Below are positions 10,301 through 19,692 of a stretch of 64,000 nt of DNA, in pieces. Numbering within the stretch: position 1 is the stretch's first letter; each line of letters opens with the position of its first letter. The notes under the pieces are model-generated. The model saw only the letters and a list, made by a program, of their open reading frames with translations. It made no database searches and was not told where the DNA came from. Where the stretch lies: the IMG/VR virus record IMGVR_UViG_3300033992_000883. One strand, 5' to 3'. This stretch comes from an uncultured virus (IMG/VR IMGVR_UViG_3300033992_000883). Taxonomy: Duplodnaviria > Heunggongvirae > Uroviricota > Caudoviricetes. The translations under genes were made by a program, and so were the position numbers.

Positions 10301-13300
10301 GGATCTAATTGTATATAGGCATCATATTTACCAAGAAGCTCATCATTTGAAATACTTTCTAAGTCATTGATTTCTTTTTTAAGATAATCAATTTCTTCAG
10401 CTATTTGTTCTTTGGTTCTACCTTCAGGTTTTTCTGGAGTTTTCTTTTCCCATTCCTCATAGGTTTGACCCGTTTCATTAACTAAGTTTTCTTCAAACTG
10501 AGCTTTTAAGTTGGCTAATTCTTTTTCTTTCTTTTTTAATAAAGCATTTACTGCAGTTTCAGTTTCTTGTTTTATAGCTTCATTATCAGTTTCTTTAGTG
10601 GTATCTTTAAGTTTTCTATGTTCAAAAAGTTTCATTAAGTAATTATCATAGGCTAAACTTCCTTGAGGAATACCCATTTTCTTTTTTTCATCATAGAACT
10701 CTGTTGGCGGAATACCTTGATCTCTCCATAGAAGGAAATCATTTACACTCATATATATCCCCTGGTTGGCCAACCAGTTTAGTAAACCATTATCTTCAAT
10801 GTCAGATAGTTCTTGCTGTACAATATCTTTATAATACTCTCCTCTTTTATTCCAGATATCAGTCATCCACTCTACATTTCTATTATAAACATCCATGAAC
10901 CCTTGTGGATCATTGAGCATGTTTATTGCATCTACTAAACCTCTAGACTCATCATTTAATTTATAGAAATCAAGAACAAGTTCAAATGCTTCATCAACTC
11001 TATCTGTAAATAAATAATCATCTGGTTTTCCAGAAATAGTTTTTAATACATCATTGTAAGCTTTCTCTAAGTTTAATAAAACTTCTGCTTCAGTATCTTC
11101 ATCTTTAGGTCCAAATGTTGCATCTAAATAGTCATTAACTTCTTCATCTGTAACTTCTTGACCCTTCTGAGTCTGTAATTTATCTTTTGCTCTTGCAAAA
11201 TATCTGTCTCTAGAATAATAATCTGCAAACTCACTATAGGCAACATAATAATTTTCAAGAGCCTGAGCTTCTTTTAATTTTGCTTTAGCTAATTTTTTAG
11301 ATTCAGGATCACCTACAGCTATAAGATTATCAGCTTCATTTTTTAATAATGATATTTCATTATACATGTCTTCTGGTCTAAGTATAAGATCAGATTGTCT
11401 TTTGGTCATTCCCTGTAATGGTCTTTCTTCATAATGTTTATTCATTATGCCAACCATTCTTTCTCTAACATTATTAAATGTCTGGTTAAAGAAAACTGCA
11501 GATTTAATATTGTCATTCCATGCTTTATGCATAATGTATGCATCATCATAAAATGGGTCATCTTTACTATATCTAGATAGATCAATAGGGTTTGGAAATA
11601 TCTTTTTATATGTATCTATTGATTTTTTAATTTGTTTTGACTTATCAACTACTTCCGCTATTCTATTTTTGTAAACTTCAATATCTTTATCAGCTAGTTT
11701 TGGAAATGCTTCTTTAAACTCGGCATCAGTCATTTTTGTATAACTATTGATTGCATTAAGATATGGATCAAGAACACCATATTCATTAAGCATCATCATA
11801 TGATTTGCTAATGCTTCTGACTCAGCATCCATATTTTCTTTTTTATTCCCTGTCTCCTGTACTCTATTTAAAATATCTTGAGCACCTGCATTAAATAGTC
11901 TACTGTTAACCATTTCTTCTACACCAAATGCATTCATTTGAGTTACAAGATCATTAACTATTTTACTTTTTTCAGTTTTGTATGATTCATAATTTGTTGG
12001 ATCAAATATCTGATTGGCTTTCTCATATAAAAAAGTCATTGTTTTATTTAAACCACCAGCTAATGCCCCCATAAATAAACCAGATGCAAAAACTGAAAGA
12101 CCTTCACCTGACATTTGTTGACCCAAACCTTTTTTATAAAAAGTCCAAGGTGTTGTTCCTTCACCAAATGCAGCTTTAGAAATAAGATTTTGTCTTACTG
12201 GTTTAGTATAAAAACTATCTTTATAATATTTTTCATTAGCATATGCAATAGCTTCCTGTGAAACTTCTTGAGCACCTTCTAAAAGATTACTTTTAAAATA
12301 ACCAACTGTACCCCAAGCAGATTTATGAAAAGGATCTGTTTTCCAACCATTCCACCAAGTTTTAAATCCTTTCTCAGCAAACTTCCATTCATTTGCTGCA
12401 ACATCAAATACTACATTACCAAGTTCTCCAAATCTTCCGCCTCCTACTGATTTCCAATCTAATATTCTTTGTTGTAAAAATCCTTTAGCTCCAATTCGTG
12501 GATTAAGAATATTATCAAAACTTACTTTATTTGTAAGAAATATTAAACCTGAGTTCATTGCTGCTGTTTCATAACCAGCTTGTTTAGCTTGTGCAATAAT
12601 ATTTTTTAATTCTTCTTCACTTGGTGGTGCACCTGTTCTTGTAAAATGCTCTGAATATAACTCATTAAATAAATTATTATAAACCATACCAGCTTCTAAT
12701 CTTCCTTCTGAAACTGCTAAGTTTATATTTCTTAAATCTCTATAAGCAGCACCTGCTGTTCTAGCAATTTTAGCACCTGTCTTAAAAAATCCAGTAAAAT
12801 CATCAGCATTATTCAATGAAGAATACCAAGCTTCAGTCATGTTACTGAAAGGATTTAAAACTTTTCCTGCTTTTGATGTAAGAACTTTTTGCATTGTTCC
12901 TATACCATTAGCTTTTTCCCAAGCTTTTCTTACCTTATCAATATCTCCTAATTCATCAAGCAATTGACTATATGTGTTTATACCATCAACTGCTTCACCT
13001 GATTTATATGCATTCCATAATGCTTTAGCAGACCTAGGTGCAAGTGTTTTAGCACCCATAAGTCCACCAATTGCAGCAGCTCCCCAGTTTTCAAACATTG
13101 CTGTAGAAATAATACCAGCTGTATAACCTAGGTTCATAGTTAAGTTATTTACAAATGAACCTATGTTATCTTTACTAGAATGATATCTTGCTGTTATTCT
13201 GTCATACTCATTTGCAACATCTGCATCTTCACCAAAAAAATCTCCTTCAGTTATAAGTTTAACATTACTTGCGTACACACTCTTAATACCATTCCATGCT

Positions 13301-13752
13301 AATGGAAGTACGGCACCTGTAGTTGTTCTAAATAGATCACCTAAAAATGAAGTATTTTCATTTAACTTATTTTCATTATTAAGATATCTAGGATGAAATT
13401 CAGACTTACCCCACTGATTAAAGTCATGATATCTTTCAGCAAAAGTTCCTTTTGGTCCATCATCATATTGATAAACTTTTGCCCATTGGTTTTTATCTTC
13501 ATTAGCCATTACCTGACTATCCCACATATCCTGTAAAGCTTGTTTTCTAGCTTGTGGATCAAACGTATTAGGCGGACCAGGAGGTCTTTGTGAAGGTAAT
13601 GGTCCAGGAAAAGAACCTGTTATTCTTTCCTTAACTTGATAAGGATTAGGTAACTTGCCTGTTATAGATGATTGAGTTGGTTCATATAATGATGTTTTTC
13701 CTGAATATAAATCATCAACACTTTTTTCTAAACTGTTAGAGTTATTTTCCAT
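7315..13752 (-). CDS. Giant ejected/cargo protein (2145 aa) with Gly-rich hydrophobic segments and an internal PD-(D/E)XK nuclease domain
   Basis: Lies directly upstream of the vRNAP gene as in Crassvirales; motifs GAMDLIAF..IIDVKTSK..YRIQLSIY. Confidence 0.75.
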   Translation of the reverse strand: MENNSNSLEKSVDDLYSGKTSLYEPTQSSITGKLPNPYQVKERITGSFPGPLPSQRPPGPPNTFDPQARKQALQDMWDSQVMANEDKNQWAKVYQYDDGPKGTFAERYHDFNQWGKSEFHPRYLNNENKLNENTSFLGDLFRTTTGAVLPLAWNGIKSVYASNVKLITEGDFFGEDADVANEYDRITARYHSSKDNIGSFVNNLTMNLGYTAGIISTAMFENWGAAAIGGLMGAKTLAPRSAKALWNAYKSGEAVDGINTYSQLLDELGDIDKVRKAWEKANGIGTMQKVLTSKAGKVLNPFSNMTEAWYSSLNNADDFTGFFKTGAKIARTAGAAYRDLRNINLAVSEGRLEAGMVYNNLFNELYSEHFTRTGAPPSEEELKNIIAQAKQAGYETAAMNSGLIFLTNKVSFDNILNPRIGAKGFLQQRILDWKSVGGGRFGELGNVVFDVAANEWKFAEKGFKTWWNGWKTDPFHKSAWGTVGYFKSNLLEGAQEVSQEAIAYANEKYYKDSFYTKPVRQNLISKAAFGEGTTPWTFYKKGLGQQMSGEGLSVFASGLFMGALAGGLNKTMTFLYEKANQIFDPTNYESYKTEKSKIVNDLVTQMNAFGVEEMVNSRLFNAGAQDILNRVQETGNKKENMDAESEALANHMMMLNEYGVLDPYLNAINSYTKMTDAEFKEAFPKLADKDIEVYKNRIAEVVDKSKQIKKSIDTYKKIFPNPIDLSRYSKDDPFYDDAYIMHKAWNDNIKSAVFFNQTFNNVRERMVGIMNKHYEERPLQGMTKRQSDLILRPEDMYNEISLLKNEADNLIAVGDPESKKLAKAKLKEAQALENYYVAYSEFADYYSRDRYFARAKDKLQTQKGQEVTDEEVNDYLDATFGPKDEDTEAEVLLNLEKAYNDVLKTISGKPDDYLFTDRVDEAFELVLDFYKLNDESRGLVDAINMLNDPQGFMDVYNRNVEWMTDIWNKRGEYYKDIVQQELSDIEDNGLLNWLANQGIYMSVNDFLLWRDQGIPPTEFYDEKKKMGIPQGSLAYDNYLMKLFEHRKLKDTTKETDNEAIKQETETAVNALLKKKEKELANLKAQFEENLVNETGQTYEEWEKKTPEKPEGRTKEQIAEEIDYLKKEINDLESISNDELLGKYDAYIQLDPPLFTEEEYLSVVDEILADPVEGKKLKKYARKLFNESDTDPNDLESVRLAQNISLTTAQNKYALPILLNRRLLQLQNETPAADFDPTPPVQKTKSWEDYQKQIEITEKKYEGLIEAVENKIKEPSKSPRTPKTAAKKQTESEVSIDTPWDELPNDLKAELQEEFDIFLTAPEPEGLGKRADLKDINSFEYEKLRNSWFATKGDRIKMYNERPVDFESALPNLKYIELTKAITEYSLTSLKMTRDQLEKMLDANKDSDGNKLNNSTRTAIKNDIAELNKYIKYLRSNYITEKNNQAITFTIFNEMVVNRQNEVERIMDGKNVIGYKFTDKEERPERVTKITSRIKSDIKNEPEFPGYDPVNEDEKTSKKGPTLLNLFDEIIKNDEIKSEEKLNYFMTSLENEIKRGSYAQLNSQRKLDIIRGALSSNLTRESLKEAVQKVAYDESTIAGNTVDDMTRESFRIGPDGKFMKPEKSSKINQLSYDNLFGDNGIITELQDSVIDGKYKILSSDVLIFDKTLLNSLGLVGAMDLIAFNRETGDLVIIDVKTSKNWTNFSDEDNKYSKKLDYRIQLSIYRTLLYNMTGILAKTISILPVETKTDMDGNISYAVSAANQVNAPLIRNLQSKLSTLEKAKTKDTKAITALENELKNLKKSVLAPLEPVAPEVLAKYGIEMIEPNLPEELKQEGKAKSEPVKPVEKDEKEVAAKIKKLKTDIAKLKKNIEKVSKTAYTTVKGAIQENPELKKLNQKLEQLENELATLEGTPVKEGTPPVKFDIDAEIDALLKGTSAAIFNTEAETFTKEEFKNIIKKMNSATNLEDLKEAYMDGLILISEEPNLAFADVITRLNKNKKQELNTSVSEDILQPGDTLISKNPIFGIENNEPVKVKQVKDGKIVIEQIVNRTKGKKASVKTITEDKIKSDFIKNTEEAIKQETEKTIVSDVDKSTADLAKGSIENLAQNQELLKAAKQQAAGDKKSRFAAAKNIIKNNNIDNCTTP

Positions 13753-16700
13753 ATTGTTTCATTAATTGTGTATTTTGAACCATGATACTACCGGCTGTAA
13801 GTTTTCCATCTGCAACCTCTGTACTAAAAAACTCATCTCTAAATTTTCTAATATTTGTTCCTTGATTAGAAAGTGATTTTGTTAATGTCATCATTTCAGG
13901 TTCTTTACCAGGACCTACATATTCTGGCCATTGCGCTTGAACAGTCATTGTTGAAGGATCCATTTTATTTCTTGTATACTTAAGACTAAAATTAGGAAAT
14001 AATGGATCTTTATATTCTACACCTTTATCACCAGCAGCTTCAATTCTAATTTGTTCTACGGTTTTAAATGAGTTTTTATATAACTCAACATTCAATAAAT
14101 TTTTAGCATCCGTAATTAAAGTAATACCATTTTTTAATACATCATTATAATCATCTGCATCTTTCCAAATTTTATTATCATCACTTGTAGGTTCCCATTT
14201 TTTTAAATATTCTGCAGGTAATTTAAATGTAACAGATGCTTTATCAGATCTACCACCACCAACTGATCCAACAGCTGTAATGAAAGATTTTAAATTCTCA
14301 TCTATTTTACCTCCAGCTTTCATCATTAAGTCAGAATATATTGCTGCAAATGCTCTATTGTTTTCACTTGCATCGTCACCAAGATCTGACCAAGGAGTGT
14401 TTACACCTGAAAATGATACCCTATTGTTTTCAGTATCTTTAAGTGATAAATTATTTAAAGCACCTTTTACTTGTAAAAAATGTTCATATGATGGTGAATA
14501 TACACCAGGTTCAATTTGAACAGCAGCCGCACCTTTATTTATTAAACCACCACCAGCTCCTCCAAATGCACCTGTAACAGGAGTTTGTAAACTTTCAATA
14601 AGTTGAACTTTAGCATCTTTCATTGCATTGAATTCACTTCCTAAATCATAGTCTTCACCTGTCATTCCAACTTTAGGATTAATTAATCTCATTGTTTCAA
14701 CAGGATTACTACTAAACATATTATAAAGACCTTCAATACCAGAAGATAAAAGATAACTACCACCTGCAACACCAGCACCAAGTAAAGCACCAATACCTAC
14801 ACCAGGTAATGTGCCTGTCATTGAACCTGCTTCAGCACCCATCAAACCACCACCGGCAGTACTAGCTGCTAATGTAGCCCAACTAAAACCATCATCACGT
14901 ATTAAGGCATCAGGATTTTTTCTTGCAATATTTTTATAAAATTGATCAGCATCTTGAATTGGATTATAATTATGATCATACATATATTCTGCATAGTTAT
15001 AACCTTGTGCTTTTAATTTCTGAATAGTTTCTTCAGCAGCTTGTTTTTTATTTGCAATTATAGCGGCTTGTGCACCAGCATAATCATCTAAAGTTTTACT
15101 ATAATTTCTTAATTGTTCAAAGCTTTTGCTATAATATACATAAGGATTATCTCTTCTTTTTTCCATAACTAACATCATTCTTTTTGTCATGTCAGTAATT
15201 TTAGAAGGATCTGTTTTTCCAGGTTCTATTGTACTGCTATAACCAGAAAGTTTTTCTTCTGCTGTAGGTATATTAAAAGTAGCTCTATATGGTTTTTTAG
15301 TAATAGGGTCTGTAAAAACTGTTTTAGATTGAATTTTATTTTGTCCATCTTTTGCAGTCTTTGAATAAGTACCTTCATTCCAATAAGCTTTATCTTCTTT
15401 TTCAAGAGAAGTTTCATATTGACCTTGATTTAATAAAGCTCCGATTTCTTGATCATTTAATGGTGTACCATCACTATGTTCTAGTGCATTATTAGTACCT
15501 TTTCCAAGTTGTGTTCTAGGATTACCTTTTATAAATTTAATAAGTTCTGCTTTATTAGTTTTAAAGATATCAGCATTACCTACATTAGGAATTGTACCAG
15601 AATCAATAATATAATTTATATCATCATCACTTATAGTTTTTTCATTATAGAGATCTCTTAAAAGGTTAACAGCAAGATTTTTAGCATTAGAACCTTCTTG
15701 AGCATACATATCATCAATACTTTTTCTTACAACTTCAGGATCTATTTTTACTCTATCCTTTTCTTCCATATTTGTAAAACCATCTAAGTCACCTAAATTA
15801 AAAACTTCAGTAAGTTCTTTTTTCTCTACTAAGTTTCCTTTACCATCAGTTGTATATAATCCGGATTTTAATGCAGCTTGATACTGAATTTTTTCCATTG
15901 CTAACTGATGCTTGTATCCTGCTAATTCCATTTGACCAGCATGTCTTTGTGAAATCAAGGCAGAATCATACTGATACTTTTGTCTTTGTACAGCAAATGG
16001 ATTTGGATCATAACTTAATTCATAGTTGTTAAATGCATGAGATCTAATAGCAGCATCTAAATCAGTCTGTAATAATGATGAAGCCATAACAGCATCAACT
16101 CTACCTCTCATTTGATTTAAATCATCAAATGATAGTTTATCTCCACCTTCAGTTAATAATGTCTTATTTACATTATCAGTTATAAGTTTCTCATCACTTT
16201 CAGTTTGACTTAGCATCTCACCAATTTTTTCATTGGCATCTTTATATTTTTCTAATGCACTTTCAGCTGTATAATGAGCAGTACCATTTTTAATAGATTG
16301 CTCAATTGAAGATATCATATTATCATTAACTTTCTTTTGATTTATTAAATCACTTTTAGTTAACTCAGTTTGTTTTTTTAATACACTCAAAGCTTGATTA
16401 AGATATGCTTTTTCAGCAAGATCAGCATTACCACCAAACTCGGGCCTATCTTTATTAGCCATTGCTTCATCTTTTCTTTTTAGATATGCTTTTGCTGCAT
16501 ATACTTCTTGTATCTTAGGATCTTTACCTAGGATAGAATAAAATAAACTCTGTAGAGGGGGAATGATTTGCTCCCCGTTTTGTTCAGTTATAATCCAGTC
16601 TCCTTGAGGTGTAGTCTTTTTAATTTTATAGTTTAATTGTTTTGCTAACTCAGCCGCTTTTTTATCCATATTAACATATGGTGTATACTTTACATCACCA

Positions 16701-17188
16701 AAACTTGTTAATTGCTCATATGGAGTATTCTTAAATTCTTGAATTTTATAATCAATTAATCTTAATCCATCTCCCCAATATTCATCATTTGTTTTTTCAT
16801 CAGTTGAATATCTTTTACCCTCACCTATAGCTTTTTCATTTGAAGTATTTTTTGTCCATGCCATATCTTTCATAAGATTAGCATCTTCATAAAAAGGTCT
16901 AAAAAGCTGAGTTGCTTGTTGAACATTTTGATCTAATGAGAGATCCAAACCTGTAACTCTTTTTAAATTAAAATCAATTTTCTTAAATGTATTGTCTCTT
17001 TTTTTTACACTTTCATCATGTGTCAATGGAGCATTTAAAATCTGACCATACATGTTATTAAGCTTACTCCAATTTTGATCATACTGACTTTGTTTTAATT
17101 GTAAAACATTTGTAGTAAAATTAAAATCAGGTTGGTAAGGTTGATAATCCGGTATAAAATCTGTTACTCCTAGTGGATACTGTGCCAT
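13742..17188 (-). CDS. Ejected/cargo protein (1148 aa) with a glycine-zipper hydrophobic segment
   Basis: First of three giant genes; helical N-terminus (YQPYQPDF); segment WATLAASTAGGGLMGA...GIGALLGAGVAGGSYLL. Confidence 0.7.
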   Translation of the reverse strand: MAQYPLGVTDFIPDYQPYQPDFNFTTNVLQLKQSQYDQNWSKLNNMYGQILNAPLTHDESVKKRDNTFKKIDFNLKRVTGLDLSLDQNVQQATQLFRPFYEDANLMKDMAWTKNTSNEKAIGEGKRYSTDEKTNDEYWGDGLRLIDYKIQEFKNTPYEQLTSFGDVKYTPYVNMDKKAAELAKQLNYKIKKTTPQGDWIITEQNGEQIIPPLQSLFYSILGKDPKIQEVYAAKAYLKRKDEAMANKDRPEFGGNADLAEKAYLNQALSVLKKQTELTKSDLINQKKVNDNMISSIEQSIKNGTAHYTAESALEKYKDANEKIGEMLSQTESDEKLITDNVNKTLLTEGGDKLSFDDLNQMRGRVDAVMASSLLQTDLDAAIRSHAFNNYELSYDPNPFAVQRQKYQYDSALISQRHAGQMELAGYKHQLAMEKIQYQAALKSGLYTTDGKGNLVEKKELTEVFNLGDLDGFTNMEEKDRVKIDPEVVRKSIDDMYAQEGSNAKNLAVNLLRDLYNEKTISDDDINYIIDSGTIPNVGNADIFKTNKAELIKFIKGNPRTQLGKGTNNALEHSDGTPLNDQEIGALLNQGQYETSLEKEDKAYWNEGTYSKTAKDGQNKIQSKTVFTDPITKKPYRATFNIPTAEEKLSGYSSTIEPGKTDPSKITDMTKRMMLVMEKRRDNPYVYYSKSFEQLRNYSKTLDDYAGAQAAIIANKKQAAEETIQKLKAQGYNYAEYMYDHNYNPIQDADQFYKNIARKNPDALIRDDGFSWATLAASTAGGGLMGAEAGSMTGTLPGVGIGALLGAGVAGGSYLLSSGIEGLYNMFSSNPVETMRLINPKVGMTGEDYDLGSEFNAMKDAKVQLIESLQTPVTGAFGGAGGGLINKGAAAVQIEPGVYSPSYEHFLQVKGALNNLSLKDTENNRVSFSGVNTPWSDLGDDASENNRAFAAIYSDLMMKAGGKIDENLKSFITAVGSVGGGRSDKASVTFKLPAEYLKKWEPTSDDNKIWKDADDYNDVLKNGITLITDAKNLLNVELYKNSFKTVEQIRIEAAGDKGVEYKDPLFPNFSLKYTRNKMDPSTMTVQAQWPEYVGPGKEPEMMTLTKSLSNQGTNIRKFRDEFFSTEVADGKLTAGSIMVQNTQLMKQYGK

Positions 17189-17243
17189 AATTTTTTAATT
17201 ATAAAACTATTAAAATTTTTTAAGTTTACTAAACATAGAAAGT

Positions 17244-19688
17244 TTACATGATAAAAGGATTCCATGAATCTACATAAACATAACCTCCATTTGCATAAAG
17301 CTGGCCTCCAAACTTACCTTTTAATTCTTTAAGTGCTAAGTAATTTGCCTTCTCATAAGTCATACCATTTCTCATATGTTCTCTAACTATATCTTCTTTG
17401 GTAGGACCAGTTGCTCCAGTCAATGGTTTTTCAACTCCAGTATGATACATCATTCCATAATCATATTCTGTATTAAACTGTGGAGTAACTTGATTTCTAT
17501 TATACACGTTAGCCATTTGATCATTAGCCTCCATTACAGCTCTTGTTGTATTAAAGTTTCTTTTAGTTTTAAGAGCACTACTTAAATTTTGGTCTCTAGC
17601 TTGATTTGCTAATCCTTGATTCAATATGTTAGTTCTAGCTTCATTTACAGCCATATCCATTTGTCCCTTTCTTGCATTGACTGAATTTTGAGTATTTACA
17701 TTTCTTGCTTGTACATCAGCTACTGCACCTACTCCAGCATTTAATGCTTTATCTAGTAAGTCACCCATTTGTTTTTGTTTATCAGCTGTAGAACCTGCTT
17801 GTGAATACATGATTGCATTTTTCATATTATTAGCTGCTGAATTTGCAGCATGTAATTTTGCATCAAATGATTCATAAGCACCAGATGTTTTTGCATCAGG
17901 AGGAAGAACAACATTTGTACGTGCTACACCTGTATTAGCTAAAGCATTAGTTAAAACATTAAGTTTTGCATTAACACTCCAACGTGGTTTATCAGCAACT
18001 TGTCCTTGACTTCCATCTTGACAAACACATTGCTCTTCATTTTCAATAGGAAATTCTTTTACTTCTCCTGTCACAGGATCAGTACATCTACAAATAAGAG
18101 ATTCTGTTTCTCCACCACATGATGGATCATCAGTTATACAGTTTCCATTTTCATCTTTTTTTGCAACTTTTGGTGTACCATCTTCATTGTTTATTGTATT
18201 TCCATTTTTATCTTTACAGTAACATGGTTCATCATTAGGTTCATTAACTATATGTTCAGCAATTTGTGATTTACCTTTTACACCTTCAATACAATCTTTA
18301 TATATACCACCAGCAGCAGGATCACTAATTATTGTGTTTATTGCTTTTTGTTTTGCTTCTTCCCATTTTGGATTTGGATTACCGCTAGCATCAGTTGGTC
18401 TTTGACCATCTAAATGACCTGGGAAAACTCTTACTAACATATCATCAATATCTAATGATGCTTGTATTTTTTTACAAACACCATTTGCAATAGCTACAGG
18501 ATCACCTCCTCCACCGCCACCACCATGCCAAGTAACTGCTTGACCTTTAACAATTTTGTATTGACCTTTTGTTCCTATTGAAGATGTAGAAGGAATCCAA
18601 TCTGAACCAGAAGAAAGTGAACTAACTTGTTTTGAACCAATGTTATTTACAGTAACTTGACTATCTCCGGGACCACCAAACTTAGGCATACCACCGTAAG
18701 CCATTTGTTCAGGATGATAAGGAAAGTCATAACCTCCCATTTGCATTCCATAAGCCGCATATGGTATTCCTCCATAAGCCATCATACCAGGTTGTTGCAT
18801 CATTTCTGGAGGAGGCATACCACCTTGCATTTGAGCCATTGATTCTGGTGAAGCTACTGGAGCTCCACTAGGCATTTGTTGTGGTGCAGCCGGAGCTTGT
18901 TGTGCTCCTTGATTCATCATTGCTTGATCTGCTTCCATAGCTTGCATAGGATTAGCTTGTTGCATTTCTTCTGCTAACATTGGATTTTGTTCTTGCGGCA
19001 TTTCAGGATTAACACCTTGATTCATTGATTGGGCTAATTGATCAGCTTGTTCTTTTAACTCAGGCATTAAATCTTGTTCAGAAATTCCATTAACTTCCAT
19101 ATAAGGTTTAGACATAGCTGGAATACCTTGAGGAAAACCTTTCATTGATTCTTGAACTAAAGCTAAAGCACCTAACTTCATGATAAAGTTTTTGATCATT
19201 ATAGTAGCAGTATCTCTTTCTAGTTTACCACTATCAGGATCTAATAATATAGACTTATATTTATTTATGTTATAAGGCTTTGCAAGTTCTGCTGGAGTAT
19301 AACCACCTTTCTTAGGTGTTTTATTAAACATAGCAAGAACATTTGCATCATTTATTTTTAATGAAGCTGTGTCACTAAAGATAAAAGTATCATCAGGAAG
19401 ATTTAAAGGAACGCCTCCTTCATGATGTCTTTTACCAACAATCTTTAAATGATCAGGAATTGATTGACCACTTATAGGACCAAATGCAGTTTCCCCACCT
19501 TCAGCTTCTAGATTTGCTTTATCTCTTGGTACAGCACTTAGTGTATCTTTAACTCCTTCATAAGATCTACCATCTAATTTTCTATAATCAGCTCCACCGA
19601 AGGCACCTGGTTTTAAAGACAATGAACCATCAACCTGCTTTCCGTAAGCAGCCTTATCTAAAGGTAATTTTGTTATTTGAACTCTCAT
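17244..19688 (-). CDS. Putative virion cargo protein (814 aa)
   Basis: N-terminal ANLEAEGGET...GKRHHEGGVPL..FIFSD domain that I recall from crAss-like proteins at this locus; Q/M/P-rich linker; AYGG repeats. Confidence 0.65.
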   Translation of the reverse strand: MRVQITKLPLDKAAYGKQVDGSLSLKPGAFGGADYRKLDGRSYEGVKDTLSAVPRDKANLEAEGGETAFGPISGQSIPDHLKIVGKRHHEGGVPLNLPDDTFIFSDTASLKINDANVLAMFNKTPKKGGYTPAELAKPYNINKYKSILLDPDSGKLERDTATIMIKNFIMKLGALALVQESMKGFPQGIPAMSKPYMEVNGISEQDLMPELKEQADQLAQSMNQGVNPEMPQEQNPMLAEEMQQANPMQAMEADQAMMNQGAQQAPAAPQQMPSGAPVASPESMAQMQGGMPPPEMMQQPGMMAYGGIPYAAYGMQMGGYDFPYHPEQMAYGGMPKFGGPGDSQVTVNNIGSKQVSSLSSGSDWIPSTSSIGTKGQYKIVKGQAVTWHGGGGGGGDPVAIANGVCKKIQASLDIDDMLVRVFPGHLDGQRPTDASGNPNPKWEEAKQKAINTIISDPAAGGIYKDCIEGVKGKSQIAEHIVNEPNDEPCYCKDKNGNTINNEDGTPKVAKKDENGNCITDDPSCGGETESLICRCTDPVTGEVKEFPIENEEQCVCQDGSQGQVADKPRWSVNAKLNVLTNALANTGVARTNVVLPPDAKTSGAYESFDAKLHAANSAANNMKNAIMYSQAGSTADKQKQMGDLLDKALNAGVGAVADVQARNVNTQNSVNARKGQMDMAVNEARTNILNQGLANQARDQNLSSALKTKRNFNTTRAVMEANDQMANVYNRNQVTPQFNTEYDYGMMYHTGVEKPLTGATGPTKEDIVREHMRNGMTYEKANYLALKELKGKFGGQLYANGGYVYVDSWNPFIM

Positions 19689-19692
19689 GTGT

